A stretch of DNA of 64,000 nucleotides from Takakia lepidozioides (taxonomy: Eukaryota; Plantae; Bryophyta). Below are positions 1 to 11,886 of this stretch, one piece after another (positions within the stretch are counted from its first letter, which is position 1; each line of letters opens with the position of its first letter). Location of the stretch: positions 42,346,001 through 42,410,000 of the forward strand of contig CM060732.1 in assembly GCA_030704615.1 (NCBI GenBank), in the 5' to 3' direction. The notes under the pieces were generated by a model. It saw nothing but the letters and a program-made list of their open reading frames with translations, ran no database searches and was not told where the DNA came from. Both the position numbers and the translations under genes were made by a program.

Positions 1-560
1 TCCATAGATGAGAGGTGTGTGGTAGCAAGGGAGGCAGTCCCTCTTTTTATTGCTTGTCTGAATTTCTCTTTCAGCACTCCTTGTGATATAAACCATTCTG
101 CCCATGATCATCTGCTCAACTTGTCATATGGGCTGTAAATTTCTCCAGATTTCCTATGGAAAGCTTTGAGGTAATGCAAAACTGCACTCAAGCTACGATG
201 TTTTTTTAAAGCTGCATAGATGGGAGACCAAAGGTGAAGAGCAAACCAGTTGGTGTATTTTCCTCTTGTTTTTTATGTCTTGAATGAAGAACTTGTCACT
301 TCATCTTCTTCTTGCTTGATTTGCTTGGAGAACAATGTCGCTTTGGTATTGACACTCCTCGGTCGTCCAATTGGCCGTTTCAGAGTCTTTGAGTTTTTTC
401 TTTCCAATGCCCTCATACGAATCCGTTTCCAACAACCTCTGCTGCATGTTTCATTGCAAATTCACTTTCCTCTTGCTTACTCTTTCGAACATTGTAGTAA
501 TGATTGTTGGCTTGTGCAACATGAGGTTGGATATACACAAATCACTTTACTAAGTGCTAT
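1..560 (-). pseudogene. Degenerate N-terminal fragment of a putative pogo/Tc1-like DNA transposase, running off the left edge
   Basis: Manual minus-strand translation gives KRPIGRPR (AT-hook-like) ... KTRGKYTNWFALHLWSPIYAALKKHRSLSAVLHYLKAFHRK ... WAEWF with several in-frame stops. Family call is from recollection of similar transposase N-termini. Confidence 0.35.
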
Positions 561-670
561 CACCTATAAACTGTCGCCATGAAAAATTCAAAGATAACAA
601 CAATGTAAGTAGCATAACCCAAAGATCAAGAACAAAATTGTTCATCCACATCAATTACAATCAAAAACCA

Positions 671-695
671 TATTTTAATTAATTCTGGACTTTTG
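671..695 (+). repeat. Left (sub)terminal inverted repeat
   Basis: TATTTTAATTAATTCTGGACTTTTG; the reverse complement of 11862-11886 is TATTTTAACTAATTCTGGACTTTTG. Confidence 0.75.
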
Positions 696-1109
696 GCTTA
701 AATCCGGACTAAACTTAATATATATTTGTATTAAATTTAATTGAAATATTAATAATATCATGGTGTAATGTGTGATTGAACTTTGTGAAATTTCAGGTGA
801 TGTCATACTTGTTTCAAAATGTGTCATAGAAGAGGTTCATTTGACATTGAAGTGCTCAATGTGAAGTAGCAGTATTGAACAATTCATTGAACGTCCACTT
901 GGAAGTCGAATAAAGTAATATTCCATTGCAGGTCATCATGATAAACAAATGGGTCGCATCCAACATGGGCCAAACTTGTACTGTACCATACTCGATACAA
1001 CTTGCTAGTAATTTTATTGATTGAATCTTCATATGAAGCACAATGTTCAGATACCACGCCATTGGAATGAATCATGTTTTGGATGTGACAAGGACAGTAA
1101 AATATTAGA

Positions 1110-2260
1110 ATAGCATGAAACATTCGGAAGAGGTACTAGGGTAGTACAATAAGGTTTGGGGTGTAACTAGAGAGAACTGTAATAAGGTTTGGGTTTACAG
1201 TAAGGATAAGGGTTTAGGGTTTGGATTTAGGGTACAAAAAGACAAACAAATATGATGGACTCACACTCGGTAGAATTAAGAAATGGTTGAGGAAGTTGAT
1301 ATCCCTGTAATCATTCTATCATACCTTATCCAACAAAAAAAAATATTAAAAGAGCATGAAACATTGAGAAGATGTAACATGGTAGTACAATAAGGTTTGG
1401 AGTGTAACTAGGGTAGTACACTAAAGTTATTGGTTTATGGTAAGATTAATGGTTTAGGGGTGATGGTAAAGATAGGGTTTTCGGTTTGGGTTTAAGAACA
1501 CTATTGGACAAACAAATATGGAAGACTCACAGTCGCTAGAACTTGGTGTGTGTTAGAAAGATAAAAAATAAAATAAAAAATGGAGAAACAAATATTATGG
1601 AATAATCATTGGGCCGGAGAAGTATTTAGATTGAGGATTCGTCCTTGGAACCTGGTATTAAGATACATATGGTTATGGTATGGATACTTCATTCTCATTT
1701 GCAAGGGAAGGGTAAGGGTTTAGACGTAACAATGGCGTAGGGTTTTGTTTAGGGTTCCCGACGAGGGTTTAGGGTTTGGGTTGAAGGCAGAAATGGTGAG
1801 CATACATGCTGGAAGACTCGCACTCGCTACAACTTAGTGTTGTTAGTAAGGTAGTACTAAGCAAAATAAAAATGAATAACCTAATATTATGGAAGTGTAG
1901 TCATTGCATCGGACAAGTATTTAAATGAAAGACTCATCCTTGGAACCTGGTGTTCACATACATAGAAAGCAAAGTTCGATAAAAAAGGTAAGTGCATGTC
2001 AATCCAAACCAAAGGCAAAACCTTGCGCAAGGTGAAGGGCGAAGAGATTTGAATAACCATAAATAGTTATGGTTATGGTATGGATACTTCATTCCCAGTT
2101 GCAGGGGAAGGGTAAGGGTTTAGACGTAACAATGGCGTAGGGTTTTCCTTAGGGTTTTCGACGAGGGTTTAGGGCTTGGGTTGAAGGCAGAAATGGTGAG
2201 CATACATGCCGGAAGACTCGCACTCGCTACAACTTAGTGTGTGTTAGTATGGTACAAAAT
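1110..2260. repeat. Complex tandem repeats rich in degenerate telomere-like (TTTAGGG/GGGTTTGG) motifs
   Basis: ~1112-1275 is similar to ~1353-1550; 1668-1850 is near-identical to 2068-2250; ~1590-1670 is similar to ~1883-1965. TTTAGGG occurs e.g. at 1213 and 1226. Confidence 0.85.
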
Positions 2261-2342
2261 GGAAATTTGGTTACATTGAAGAGATTTGGATAACCAAAAT
2301 GGTTAAACAAGAAGGGCCATATAGAGAAGAAAAATTTATTTC

Positions 2343-5300
2343 TTAAATCGAAGTACTGGAGTTGACCTCAACAATATGTCCTTGGTCTGGAACTCGCTCG
2401 CACGACTCATTTTCTGACTGACGATTAGCCTCCTCCAAATTAGCGCACGCCTTCACTGCTTCGGTGGCAGTAATTCTCATAGTGCTATTCCTTGTCGTAT
2501 TTTTTCGTGGAGGCATTGTCCACACAACATTGTTCACGTGGATCCATTGAGAAGGATCTGACGAGTTATACTCCCAAAGTTTTGACCAACAGTCCATGTA
2601 CTTTTCCAAGTCTGTTGGGTTACCACCTTTTCTCGGTCTCCACCACTCCACCTTCACCTTCTTAAAATTAGGATTCTTCTTTTCGCGGATCGCGTCAGAT
2701 ATTGTCACCCCCATCCAGACCGGGCACGTACTTGGGTCATAAGGGCGAACGAGCACAAAAAAACCCTTTCTCAATATCCTTGAATGGATTCAGGGATATT
2801 CTTGGTCGCTCACACCTCGGGCCACAGTAAGGTTCTAGGATTTCATCCTCTTCTTCCACATCTAGCAATATATGTGGATGGATTCCATCTCTGTGATGTT
2901 TCTTGGACCAATTTGTTTTCGGCCAGAATCCCTCGAGAAGCTGAATACGGTCGGGAGCTTCTGGAATTGGCTTATCCAGCTCGGTGAGAATGTTTCCCCA
3001 GTACTGGTTGTATTGTTCCATTCGACCTCTGTAATGATCGTCAAGCATCATTCCTTTCGTCCAAAAATCCCTGTATTTTTTTTATTCCATTCTTAATGAA
3101 TGACTGTTTTTCGGAGGAGTCGTCCCCGACTCCCCAGATAGGTCTCTTTGGAACGGCGTCTGGGTCTTCTTCAGGGAGCTTCGGAGTCCCGTCAGGATTG
3201 GACTTCCACATCTTCACGCTATTGTTTGTTGGAAGCCAATCCGAATTAGTAGCGGACTTATTGTACTTCATGACGGGCCAGCCCTCCGCATCCTTAAAAA
3301 AACGGAAGACGTGCATCTCTGAAATCCCGACCAACGCCTCCTTTCCATCCAGAATACAGCCATTGACAAAATTCTTGAAGTCGGGAACCTCCTGAATAAT
3401 CTGTGGAATGAACTACAGATCTTGCGAGGTCATAAAAGACCTTATCAAATCCGAAAGAATGTAGGTGTTTCGTTCCTTCAGTTTCTTCGAAAGGTAGCTG
3501 AAGAACCCGTCGATGTCCTCATGGGTGTGTCCGACCATTAAGAACCCTAGCTGAATTTCTTCAAAAACATCTTTGGCGGTCAGGAGGGATAGAAAAGCAA
3601 GCATCCATCTGTTTTTATTGTCCTTCGCAGAGTTGTCCATTTGCAAGTACAGTCTTCTCGGAAGTGGACGAGCACCACGTTTGTCTTCCGGCTTGCAGGG
3701 TTTAAGAGCATCCAAACATTTCGATTTACCTCTTAAAAATGATTCGAAGAACTCGTTTTGAAGTCGGTAATTGAAAATGTTCCTGGACTCGCGACAGGTT
3801 GGCTTCTCCAGCTGCCGCAGGCAACGTGCCAAAAAACCAATTGTAAAGTTTGAATTTCCCTTCCAGATCTCAAGAGAATACTGACCGTAAGCTCCATCAT
3901 CGTGTCCGTGCGTGACCATTCCCGTTAGTGAAACTGGAAGCTGACCTAATCCAGAAATCATCTTATTTGGAGTCTGTAGCCTTGGAACAGCTGTTTTGAT
4001 CCATTTTGTCGTGAATAATACAGAGAAACTCCTCCGGAATCATAACAGACTCATTCCTCCAGCTATGGTAATGTCTTTTGCACGACTCTTGGTGCCTCAA
4101 ATGTTTATCAAGCGCTCGTTTGTGTCATCTGTTCCGCACTTCTCTTGACAAACTTTCTGATCAGGTCCTTGAACATCTCACACTCCGTCACTTCGCAAAT
4201 GTACTCCCAGTTTTACGAACCTCCACGTTAGGAAAAATCCGACTCCGGATGCGGCTAACAGCCGACTGCGAGACTCCTTCCAACCCGAAAAGTCTGTTGG
4301 TCTGTTACAATAAGGCAGGGTCAGGAAAGGAACGTCCACTGGACAGTGGAGGTTCATGAAGCTAGAACCACAGTCGAAAGAGACAAAATCGAAGGGAGGA
4401 TCATCCACATTGAATCAGAAAAATCTTCCAGGAAAGAATTGAAGAATGGAGATTTCATACCTTGTTGGACTCGTCTCGTATTCGCTTCTAGTTCATTTCA
4501 GGTGGTAAAACTCTCAAAGTATCCATCCTTCCCTCCCCAATGCATCTTGTCTTATGGGGCATGATGTCATTATTTCTGTTGACAATGGACATAATGTTAC
4601 CCTCTGCCTGAAGCGTCCTTGGCGTGGCCTCTCTTCACTCCACGGTCCCATGGAGACTTGACAACCAACCCTGTTTACTCAACTTTTTGTACTCCATGTA
4701 TGTGACTTCCAATTCCATTAATTGTCCACCAGCAGTCTTACATACATCCACACCCTCAATCGTAACGTATGCCCTGCGAGAGATCCCTTCCACCATGTGA
4801 AGTCGTTTTGAAACATTCAGTCCGTGTTCTCTCCTCTCATCGAAAGTGGATCCCCAAAAAGAAGTACGGATAGCCAAGGTTTTTCGCCAATCGAAATATT
4901 GACAACAGTGAATCTGTAGCAAGGTTTTGCTGCTCACGGACCGGACTTCCCTCCAGAGTAAGATTCTTCATTCTTTTTTTGGAGTGTTCCAAATGGCGAT
5001 CCCTCTTCTTTTCTCGTAAAATGCCGATACGCCGCTTTTTTCACACCTGCCTCGTGATCTTCGTACAAGATACTGTAATAAGATCTAATTAAATTTTCCA
5101 GATCATTTGAGAGTAGTTTCCCACTTTCCAAAAGTCGTGTTTTTGTTAAAGGCCATTTTACAAGAGACATCAAAGATCCAGAACCTCCATAAAGTATTTT
5201 GGTGACAAGAACTCCAACATCGTCCTCTCCCAGTTTGTCATTGAGGATCACCTCGTCCGGAATGCAGGCTTGAAACCTCCCCTCGAATAGTGCACCCCTA

Positions 5301-5789
5301 TCATCACCCACATAACGCACTACAAAGTTTTCCCATTGTTTTTCTTCCGAGTCCTCCGCTCGGATTCCCGGAACTCTTCGATGGTCTGTTGGTTTATTCA
5401 TCCTCGTCGTCGTCAGAATTCTCGGCAGTATCTCTTGTCTCCTGCATAAAATCAGGATTCATGTCAGGCCCTCCTTGATACTCGTTATTCTCCGCAAGAA
5501 CTTCGTCAACATTCCACATCACCGGGGTCCCAATGGCCTCCTTCAAGGTGTCAGCATCCATATGTCCATAAGGAAGAGGACATAATGAGTGTGCTTCATC
5601 ACAGGAGATGAGAACTATTGAAATGGTTGAAGAAGATAATTGTTGTTCATGACAGGTCCCAACCCCGGAGACACTAGGGCAGTCCCTAGTGGCTACTGGA
5701 GATGAGGACCCGAGAAGAGTAAGAAACACTCTTTGACCCGTCTCTAAAATCATGATCACCGGAACCTCCACTACACACGCGAGGTTCAA
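2343..5789 (-). pseudogene. Frameshifted DDD-type (Sola1-like/DUF7869-like) transposase with N-terminal TnpA (Transposase_23)-like repeats
   Basis: Motifs FLCIIHDKMD..KTAVPRL (~4030-3980), LYLQMDNSAKDNKN and FLMVGHTHEDIDGFFS (ORF 3413-3961) form a D-D-D triad. Chain of same-strand ORFs 5789->2343 broken by frameshifts and stops. Probable GT-AG intron 4460 to ~4294/4302. Confidence 0.75.
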
Positions 5790-8191
5790 GAAACTGGAAA
5801 CCCCTCCGTGACGACACTACATAAGCAGTATGAGTGAAGACTATATTCAGAGATGATCAATTCAATAAAAGGAAATACACTCGCGATGAACGTTTCAGAG
5901 AAGTAGAATAGAAATGGAATGTTGTTTGGTCTGGAACATTCATTTGAAGATTGTGTCTAATTATATAACCTCCATTGTACAGTGGAGGTTAGATGAGATA
6001 CAGATGAGAAAGTCGGACGGATGAATATTAGTGGATGAACATGGTTACGTGGATGAATAATTGTAATGACGGATGGATGTGAGCATTGACGCGACTGTCC
6101 AGTGGAGGTCCACGACTTCAGGTATAACGAAATACAAAAATCGGAGAGAATTGGACTGTAATTTCTAAACATGCAGATGACAAATAAGTAGATTTTCCTG
6201 TAGAGTATAGAAAACACATAGATGTCTTAACATTTTCTACGGGTGAAAATGCGTTCACACGAGAGATTATGGAAATTCAGAGAGTTACACCTGCGATGGC
6301 CGCAGAGGTACTGGATGCTCAGAGAGGTGCAGTATGGGAAGCGAGGTGGGAGATGACCAGAGAGGTGCGGGAAACACAATCTGCAAGTGAGAGGTATGGA
6401 GATAGAAGTTTGAACAGTTTGCACTCAAACCTTATATAGAGGTGGAAACCAGGTTGCCCGCTGGAACTCCTCCAATGGGATAGTGCGATACATTGTCTCC
6501 CGGATCGATTTCCATCGCCGTTGATATCTGGTATGGCCACAATCGAACGGTTCTGGATGGTGCAGGAGTGCACTCTTTGACCGATTTCGGAAAAGAGTGT
6601 CATTTACTAGTAGATCCCTATGTAACAATTATGATGCCAGAAAGATAACGGCCGATAACGGTGTTCAATGGTCTCGCACTCGTGCTTATAAAGCAGTACG
6701 TATTTCGCATTCAATGCTGTCCAAGTGGATGATGGCCTGACCTCGATGACAAGGTGCAGCTATGACACTCAACCGAGAATGCGGCAGGCGTAAATGAGTG
6801 ACAGAGGAAATATTCCAAGCCTTAATCCGCCGAATGTAGACATGGTCATGAGCAATTATTCCCAGCGGCAAAACGCCGCAGAGGATCTGACTTGTACATT
6901 TCATTTATCGTCACGTGGGGGGTGTGGGAAATATCCCACGGGGTTATAATTGATGATCCTGTGCTATGGATCATTAACATCATATTTTCTCGTTCATTCA
7001 TCTGTTTTTTTATTTCATCTAGTCATTCGTAAAATGGATGGATAGAATGGAAAGGATGAATTGGATGATATTTGCATGGATGTTGGATGGAACACGCGCG
7101 ACCGTTCGATTTCGAAAGGACGCGATGGTTCAGATCCTTTGCGACGACACCATATAAGGGGTGTGGTCATTCAGCCCACCCTTTCGCCACTCCATTGTGT
7201 ACGCGGAAGCGCTGCGGAAGTGGTAAGACCGAGTAGCGCTATAAAAGAGAGAGTTTTGAAGAGCGGAGAGCGTGAAGAGCAAAGACTGTGTTGTGCATGG
7301 TGTCGTGAGAGCTGAGAGAAGAGAGCGTGCAGTTCAGTGTAGCGTGAGAGTGCAGTGGAGGAAAGGAAGCAGACAGCGGATTCAAGTGCAGACAGGAGAC
7401 GGGAAGGAAGCAAAGCGTAAGGGAGAGCGGAGCGGAGAGGTGGAAGCTTAAGGGTCAGGCATTTCAGGTCAACAACAGGGCACCGAAATGGCTCACGCAT
7501 CTAGTAGGTAATGTTCTCGTTTACGCATGTGGTTTGATGTCATTCTCTCTTGCTCGCTTGTCATTCTCCATTCTCTCTTTGTTAGTTTGTTGATTTGCTT
7601 TTCTTTTTGTTTTGCTGTTGCTTTTGTTGGTCAGCGTCGCCCACGTCGCTGTTGGTTTGCTTCTCTTCCTCACTCGCTTTCGTTCCAGAGGTTATAGCGC
7701 ACCATTTGATTCTTGCATGTCCTGTTACGTGAGTGTGCTGTCTGGTCTGATGCGGAGTATCTCTTTTCAATTCATGTGGTTCCAAAGCTATTTCAATTAG
7801 TTTGAATTGATTAAAGCTGTTTAGGTGTTTCAATGCATTGCTGCTTCTCTCTGCTGGTGTTGTATGGTGGTTGGTATGGGTGGTTTGTGGTCCTGGTTTA
7901 CTGGTGCTGCTGGATTATTAGGGTTATGGATTAGGGTTATGGCGGGTTAGGATCATGGTTTTAGCGATTGTTTTTTCCGAATTTCCGATATTTGATAATG
8001 GGTTTTTCTTCGGGGCTAGACAACTCTAGTAGACTAGTCTCCGTAGACCACTAGACCTCTACTAGACCTCCATAAACTCCGACAAGACAAACCACACGAA
8101 CCTCGCCTGCCCAGTGGAGGTTCCTGCGTGTTACTATGCCAAGGCACAACATAAGGATGTATTGAGATAGACTTATGTAGGTTCCTCCCCT

Positions 8192-10031
8192 GTGTTGATT
8201 TTTTGTTCTGTCAGTATAAAAAGAACGGGCGTAGGAGTGCACACGGTGGCCAAAGATGGTTCTGAGACCGTCGTCGACATCTGTAAGAGGCCAAGGAGAC
8301 AGAATCCAGTAAGCATCAACGAAGTAAAAAACCAAGACGAATCACTGGTTGTATCGAAAACAAAAACCTTCAAGAAGAGATCTGAGAATCAAATATCAGA
8401 TGTGGGCTTTGACGTGCGAACCTTCATAAATCCGGGCACTGACGAATCAATGTTCGAGGGAGTTATTCGACGGGAGACAACGGAGGAAACAGAGGAATAT
8501 TCTTCTTATAAGTGAAATCGTTTTCTCCTCCTGAATTGAACTCTTTTATCTATCAGCTATGAGCGTATGAATTGTTGAACCTCCACTGGACAGTGGAGGT
8601 TACTGTCATGGGAATCTTGTATGGTTGTCATGATATGTGTCTGAGGACCGAGGTGGTTTGTTCTGTGGACAACAACATTACCCCGAGGGATTGTATTGTT
8701 GGAATGTGCAAACCTATCTGTGGTTCATTTGTTTCTCGAAAATCTCCGAATTTCAAGAATGATCACCTGGTAATTTTGGAGCTGAATCCGGAGATCACAG
8801 AATGGGGCATTGTACCCGTTGGCACACCTCCGGACCATAAGTTCCGGTTCCAATACAAGATTGGTGCAGAGGTCGCCGAGCTCAAATATGCAGATGTGGT
8901 CGACGTAGAGCCAGATGGATGTGGAATTTCCGATGTTGGTAATGTTCATGATGGAAGATGGTAGATTTCCCAGAACATTTGGCTTCAAACTGGAGGTACG
9001 AATTCTAAGGAAGGCCATGATGAGAGAGTCCATTCGGGCGGGGTTCACATATTGCGACGAGGGTACTCAATTTACAGATGAAGGTTTTTGCATGGCCTGG
9101 GGTATTTTCTTGGATGTTCTTTACTTAAAGGGTAAGGAGATTGCAAAGACGCGGGAGGAGGAGGCTGCAAGAGCAAAGCCAAAGCAGGGAAAACGGAAAT
9201 CCATTGACGCCGGTGGTAATGACAATGAAGCCGGTACATCAGGGGAAAAGAAACAAAAAGAGGAGATGGATCCTGCGTTCATGACAGATACCAAGAAACC
9301 CAAGGCTGCAGACATATTCGACAAAGACAAGTGTGAGAAGATGTCGGAGAGGCTGGAGCAAGACTACAAGGACATGTTTCCTTTTGGGTTTGAGGCGACC
9401 CAGGACGTCAAAGTTTCCATGATGGAGTTTGCTCCCATATGGTGTACATGCCCCTAAATATGAAGCACAAAGACGAAGTCAAAGCACGTCTTTACCAGCT
9501 CCGGGTGTTCGACTCCAAACATCCAGTTTATTTGATTCCCGCAAACCCCGAGAAGCCTATGGAGGTTTCTAGTTCGAAACCTCGAAACTGGAAGGAGGTG
9601 GAAAATTCCAGATTCTTCGTCATCGGTGGACAACACACGATCATTGCTGCCAAGGTAAATTTCCCGACAAAATCCAATTTTTGTAACAACATGAACCTCC
9701 ACTGGACATTCATGAACTTTAAACAACATGCTTGTTAGGTCGATATCATTTCTGACCTTATTCAATTCTGTCGCAGGAACTTGTGCAAGACATAGACGAC
9801 GACAATCTTAAGAAATACTACACTGACTGGCCCTCAAAGATTATATGGTCAAAGGATCTGATGAGGCTCGTGAAGCTATCTAAGCTCCTAAACAACCCGA
9901 ATAAGGCGCAGAGATTTGACACAACATTTCCCGAGAAAGTTGTACATGCCCGAAATTTCTTCGAGCTGAGGGGGAGGCCGAAAAGTATAACGATCACACA
10001 ACGAAGTCGGAGACTAGACAATGGAAGGTAA
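8192..10031 (+). pseudogene. Spliced, frameshifted transposon accessory gene with a ParB/Sulfiredoxin-like domain
   Basis: ORFs 8572-8964, 8915-9457, 9439-9654 and 9777-10031. Motif PVYLIP...FFVIGGQHTIIAAK resembles the ParB/Srx (I/F)xGGxHRxxA signature. In-frame GT-AG intron 9655-9776. Confidence 0.55.
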
Positions 10032-10798
10032 ATGATTTATTGTGTTTTCCGTTCCTTTTGCTAGATAACCAAAATATTCTCAAGCTTGGATTTAATGTGA
10101 CGAACGGAGACCGCATTACGAAGCAGGAGACAGTACAAAAATAGCTTCATAAGGGAGGGTGCTACAATGAACGAGCGGGATGGTTCAGCATTCGGAAATT
10201 CGACATGATGGGGTTTTTGTAATGTGTCTTGTTTGGTAATGAGGTGCTTGTCCAGTTCTTATTTTCCCAATCTGTTCTGCACCAAAGAGGCGAAAAACAG
10301 CCCCCGAGCCCTTTTTTTCCTCTGTAGAGAATCATTCCAAAGGACAAAAGGCTGACAAGAAAAAAAGAACGGACTCCATTCACATGAGGACTCCCTCGGA
10401 TGTTGTGGCGCCTCGTCAATCCAAGCCCGCGGGAACCACTGTTCTTCTGCAAGACATTCCAATAAGGCTTCAATGGTACATTTCAAAACAATTTCTCCAC
10501 TTTCGTTTGCAGTTTTTTTTTCTGTCCCAAACTAACTCCGTAATTTCTATACAAACGAGTATGGAGCCGCATAACTTCTTGAATGCGCCTCCCGACAAAG
10601 TGCGTCCACTAACCTCCACTTGACAGCCGACGTTCATCTTTTCGGGATCTCGAACTCTTCGATATATGGTCTACGCTTGGTCCTTTACAGTAGTCCATTG
10701 TCGGGACACTTATGTCTCCAAAAACGTAGAGGTCACTCTGAAACTAAGAAACACTACATTGTGTTGTTTCTGACGGCGGTAACACTTAAATTGCGCAG

Positions 10799-11040
10799 GT
10801 TGGTATCGTCCATCAACCTTCATTTGCAACATCGGGGAAGAGGAAACGGATGTTGTTAATATTGAGTGTCAACGGTCTCCTTTGCTACCGGCCACCTCCA
10901 ACCGGCGGTGAATTGTTTAAGGAGAGATTTCGTTTCAGGAAAGTTACAGTTCATGTTCCCGAAAGACCTTTTGTGGTTCTCCGGCCCGGAGTCTTGGAGT
11001 TTCTCAACCTTGCGTTTATGCATTTTCACGTCCACTTGCA
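10799..11040 (+). pseudogene. FCP1/NIF-like HAD phosphatase domain fragment, first Asp lost
   Basis: GKRKRMLLILSVNGLLCYR...VVLRPGVLEFLNLAFMHFHV resembles the NIF family pattern KLLVLDLNGLL...F.RPG..EFL...F..F.V. Preceded by an AG acceptor at 10797-10798. Confidence 0.55.
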
Positions 11041-11861
11041 CTTTTACTTTATCATTTTTTCTACAAATGTTCCACATTTCAGCTGACATTTGTCATATGA
11101 AAAATTGTTTTGCCCAGTCACATTCAAGGAGCGAATTCGAAAAGAAGAAGAAGAGCTTCGTGATTGGCAAGAATGGCGGGCTTCCCGGCAGGCTTCAAGG
11201 GCATCAAGAGATTCAACAAGTAGAGTTCCAAGTAACATTTCGGATGATAATGTTACTATTAGGTTCGAGTTCTCCGAAAGTATTTCCGTTTCATCTGGTG
11301 CGGAGACCGTTGCAAGTGGTTGTGGTAACCGGAGGCTTCTTCGAACACATGTCTTGACTGCAAGCCGTTTGGGAGGATGCTCTGTAATATTAATGGGTTA
11401 GTGTAAGCCGTTGTATGGCTTCGAGCCGTTGGATAACATTAAGTCCAACGGATGTACAATTGACGTTACATTAGGTCTGACTGCAACGCCAAAGTTGCAA
11501 TCTCTAATAAATATGAATGTTTATCATCAATGTATGCGGACACATTATTTCATATCATCATCTTCATCACATGTCATGATTGTTCTATATTTGGTTTTAT
11601 ATGCCATCTGATATGACAACCATTTCCTGCAAAAAGTTTTACATATCTGACCTCACATCATGGTGTAATTTATTGCATCCTCCCATTTTTTTCGTGAACG
11701 TCAACTTGGCAGTGGATGTTCTTCTAAAACCACAATACATACTTATATTGTCTCCAAAAAATGTTTGGAGGATTATATTGTGTATAAAATAACCAAAATA
11801 ATCATATATATCGCTTTATTTCAATAATAAATTATATTTCTCATATTATTTCTGGACCAAA

Positions 11862-11886
11862 CAAAAGTCCAGAATTAGTTAAAATA
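11862..11886 (-). repeat. Right (sub)terminal inverted repeat
   Basis: CAAAAGTCCAGAATTAGTTAAAATA, inverted partner of 671-695 with one mismatch. Confidence 0.75.

Larger units (their letters stand above)
890..11720. repeat. Dispersed 24-bp palindrome family, consensus AAC(C/G)TCCACTG-GA-CAGTGGAGGTT
   Basis: Full-length copies at 4331-4354, 5967-5990, 6087-6110, 8099-8122, 8578-8601 (perfect), 10611-10634 and 11697-11720. Partial copies at 890-900 and 9694-9708, with a weaker one at ~11028. Confidence 0.85.
671..11886. mobile_element. Decayed large DNA transposon (Sola1-like DDD transposase plus divergent accessory genes)
   Basis: 25-bp inverted repeats at 671-695 and 11862-11886 (24/25 match) enclose a frameshifted transposase (-) and divergent accessory ORFs (+). 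Exact termini and TSD are not resolved. Confidence 0.6.

Noticed and set aside
1110-2260. True telomere or interstitial telomeric array
   Set aside because: TTTAGGG units are isolated within longer complex repeats, not a continuous tandem array.
10162-10500. Possible methyltransferase remnant after the ParB-like gene (LWRLVNPSPREPLFF)
   Set aside because: Multiple stops and no SAM-binding or catalytic motif visible; too weak to call.
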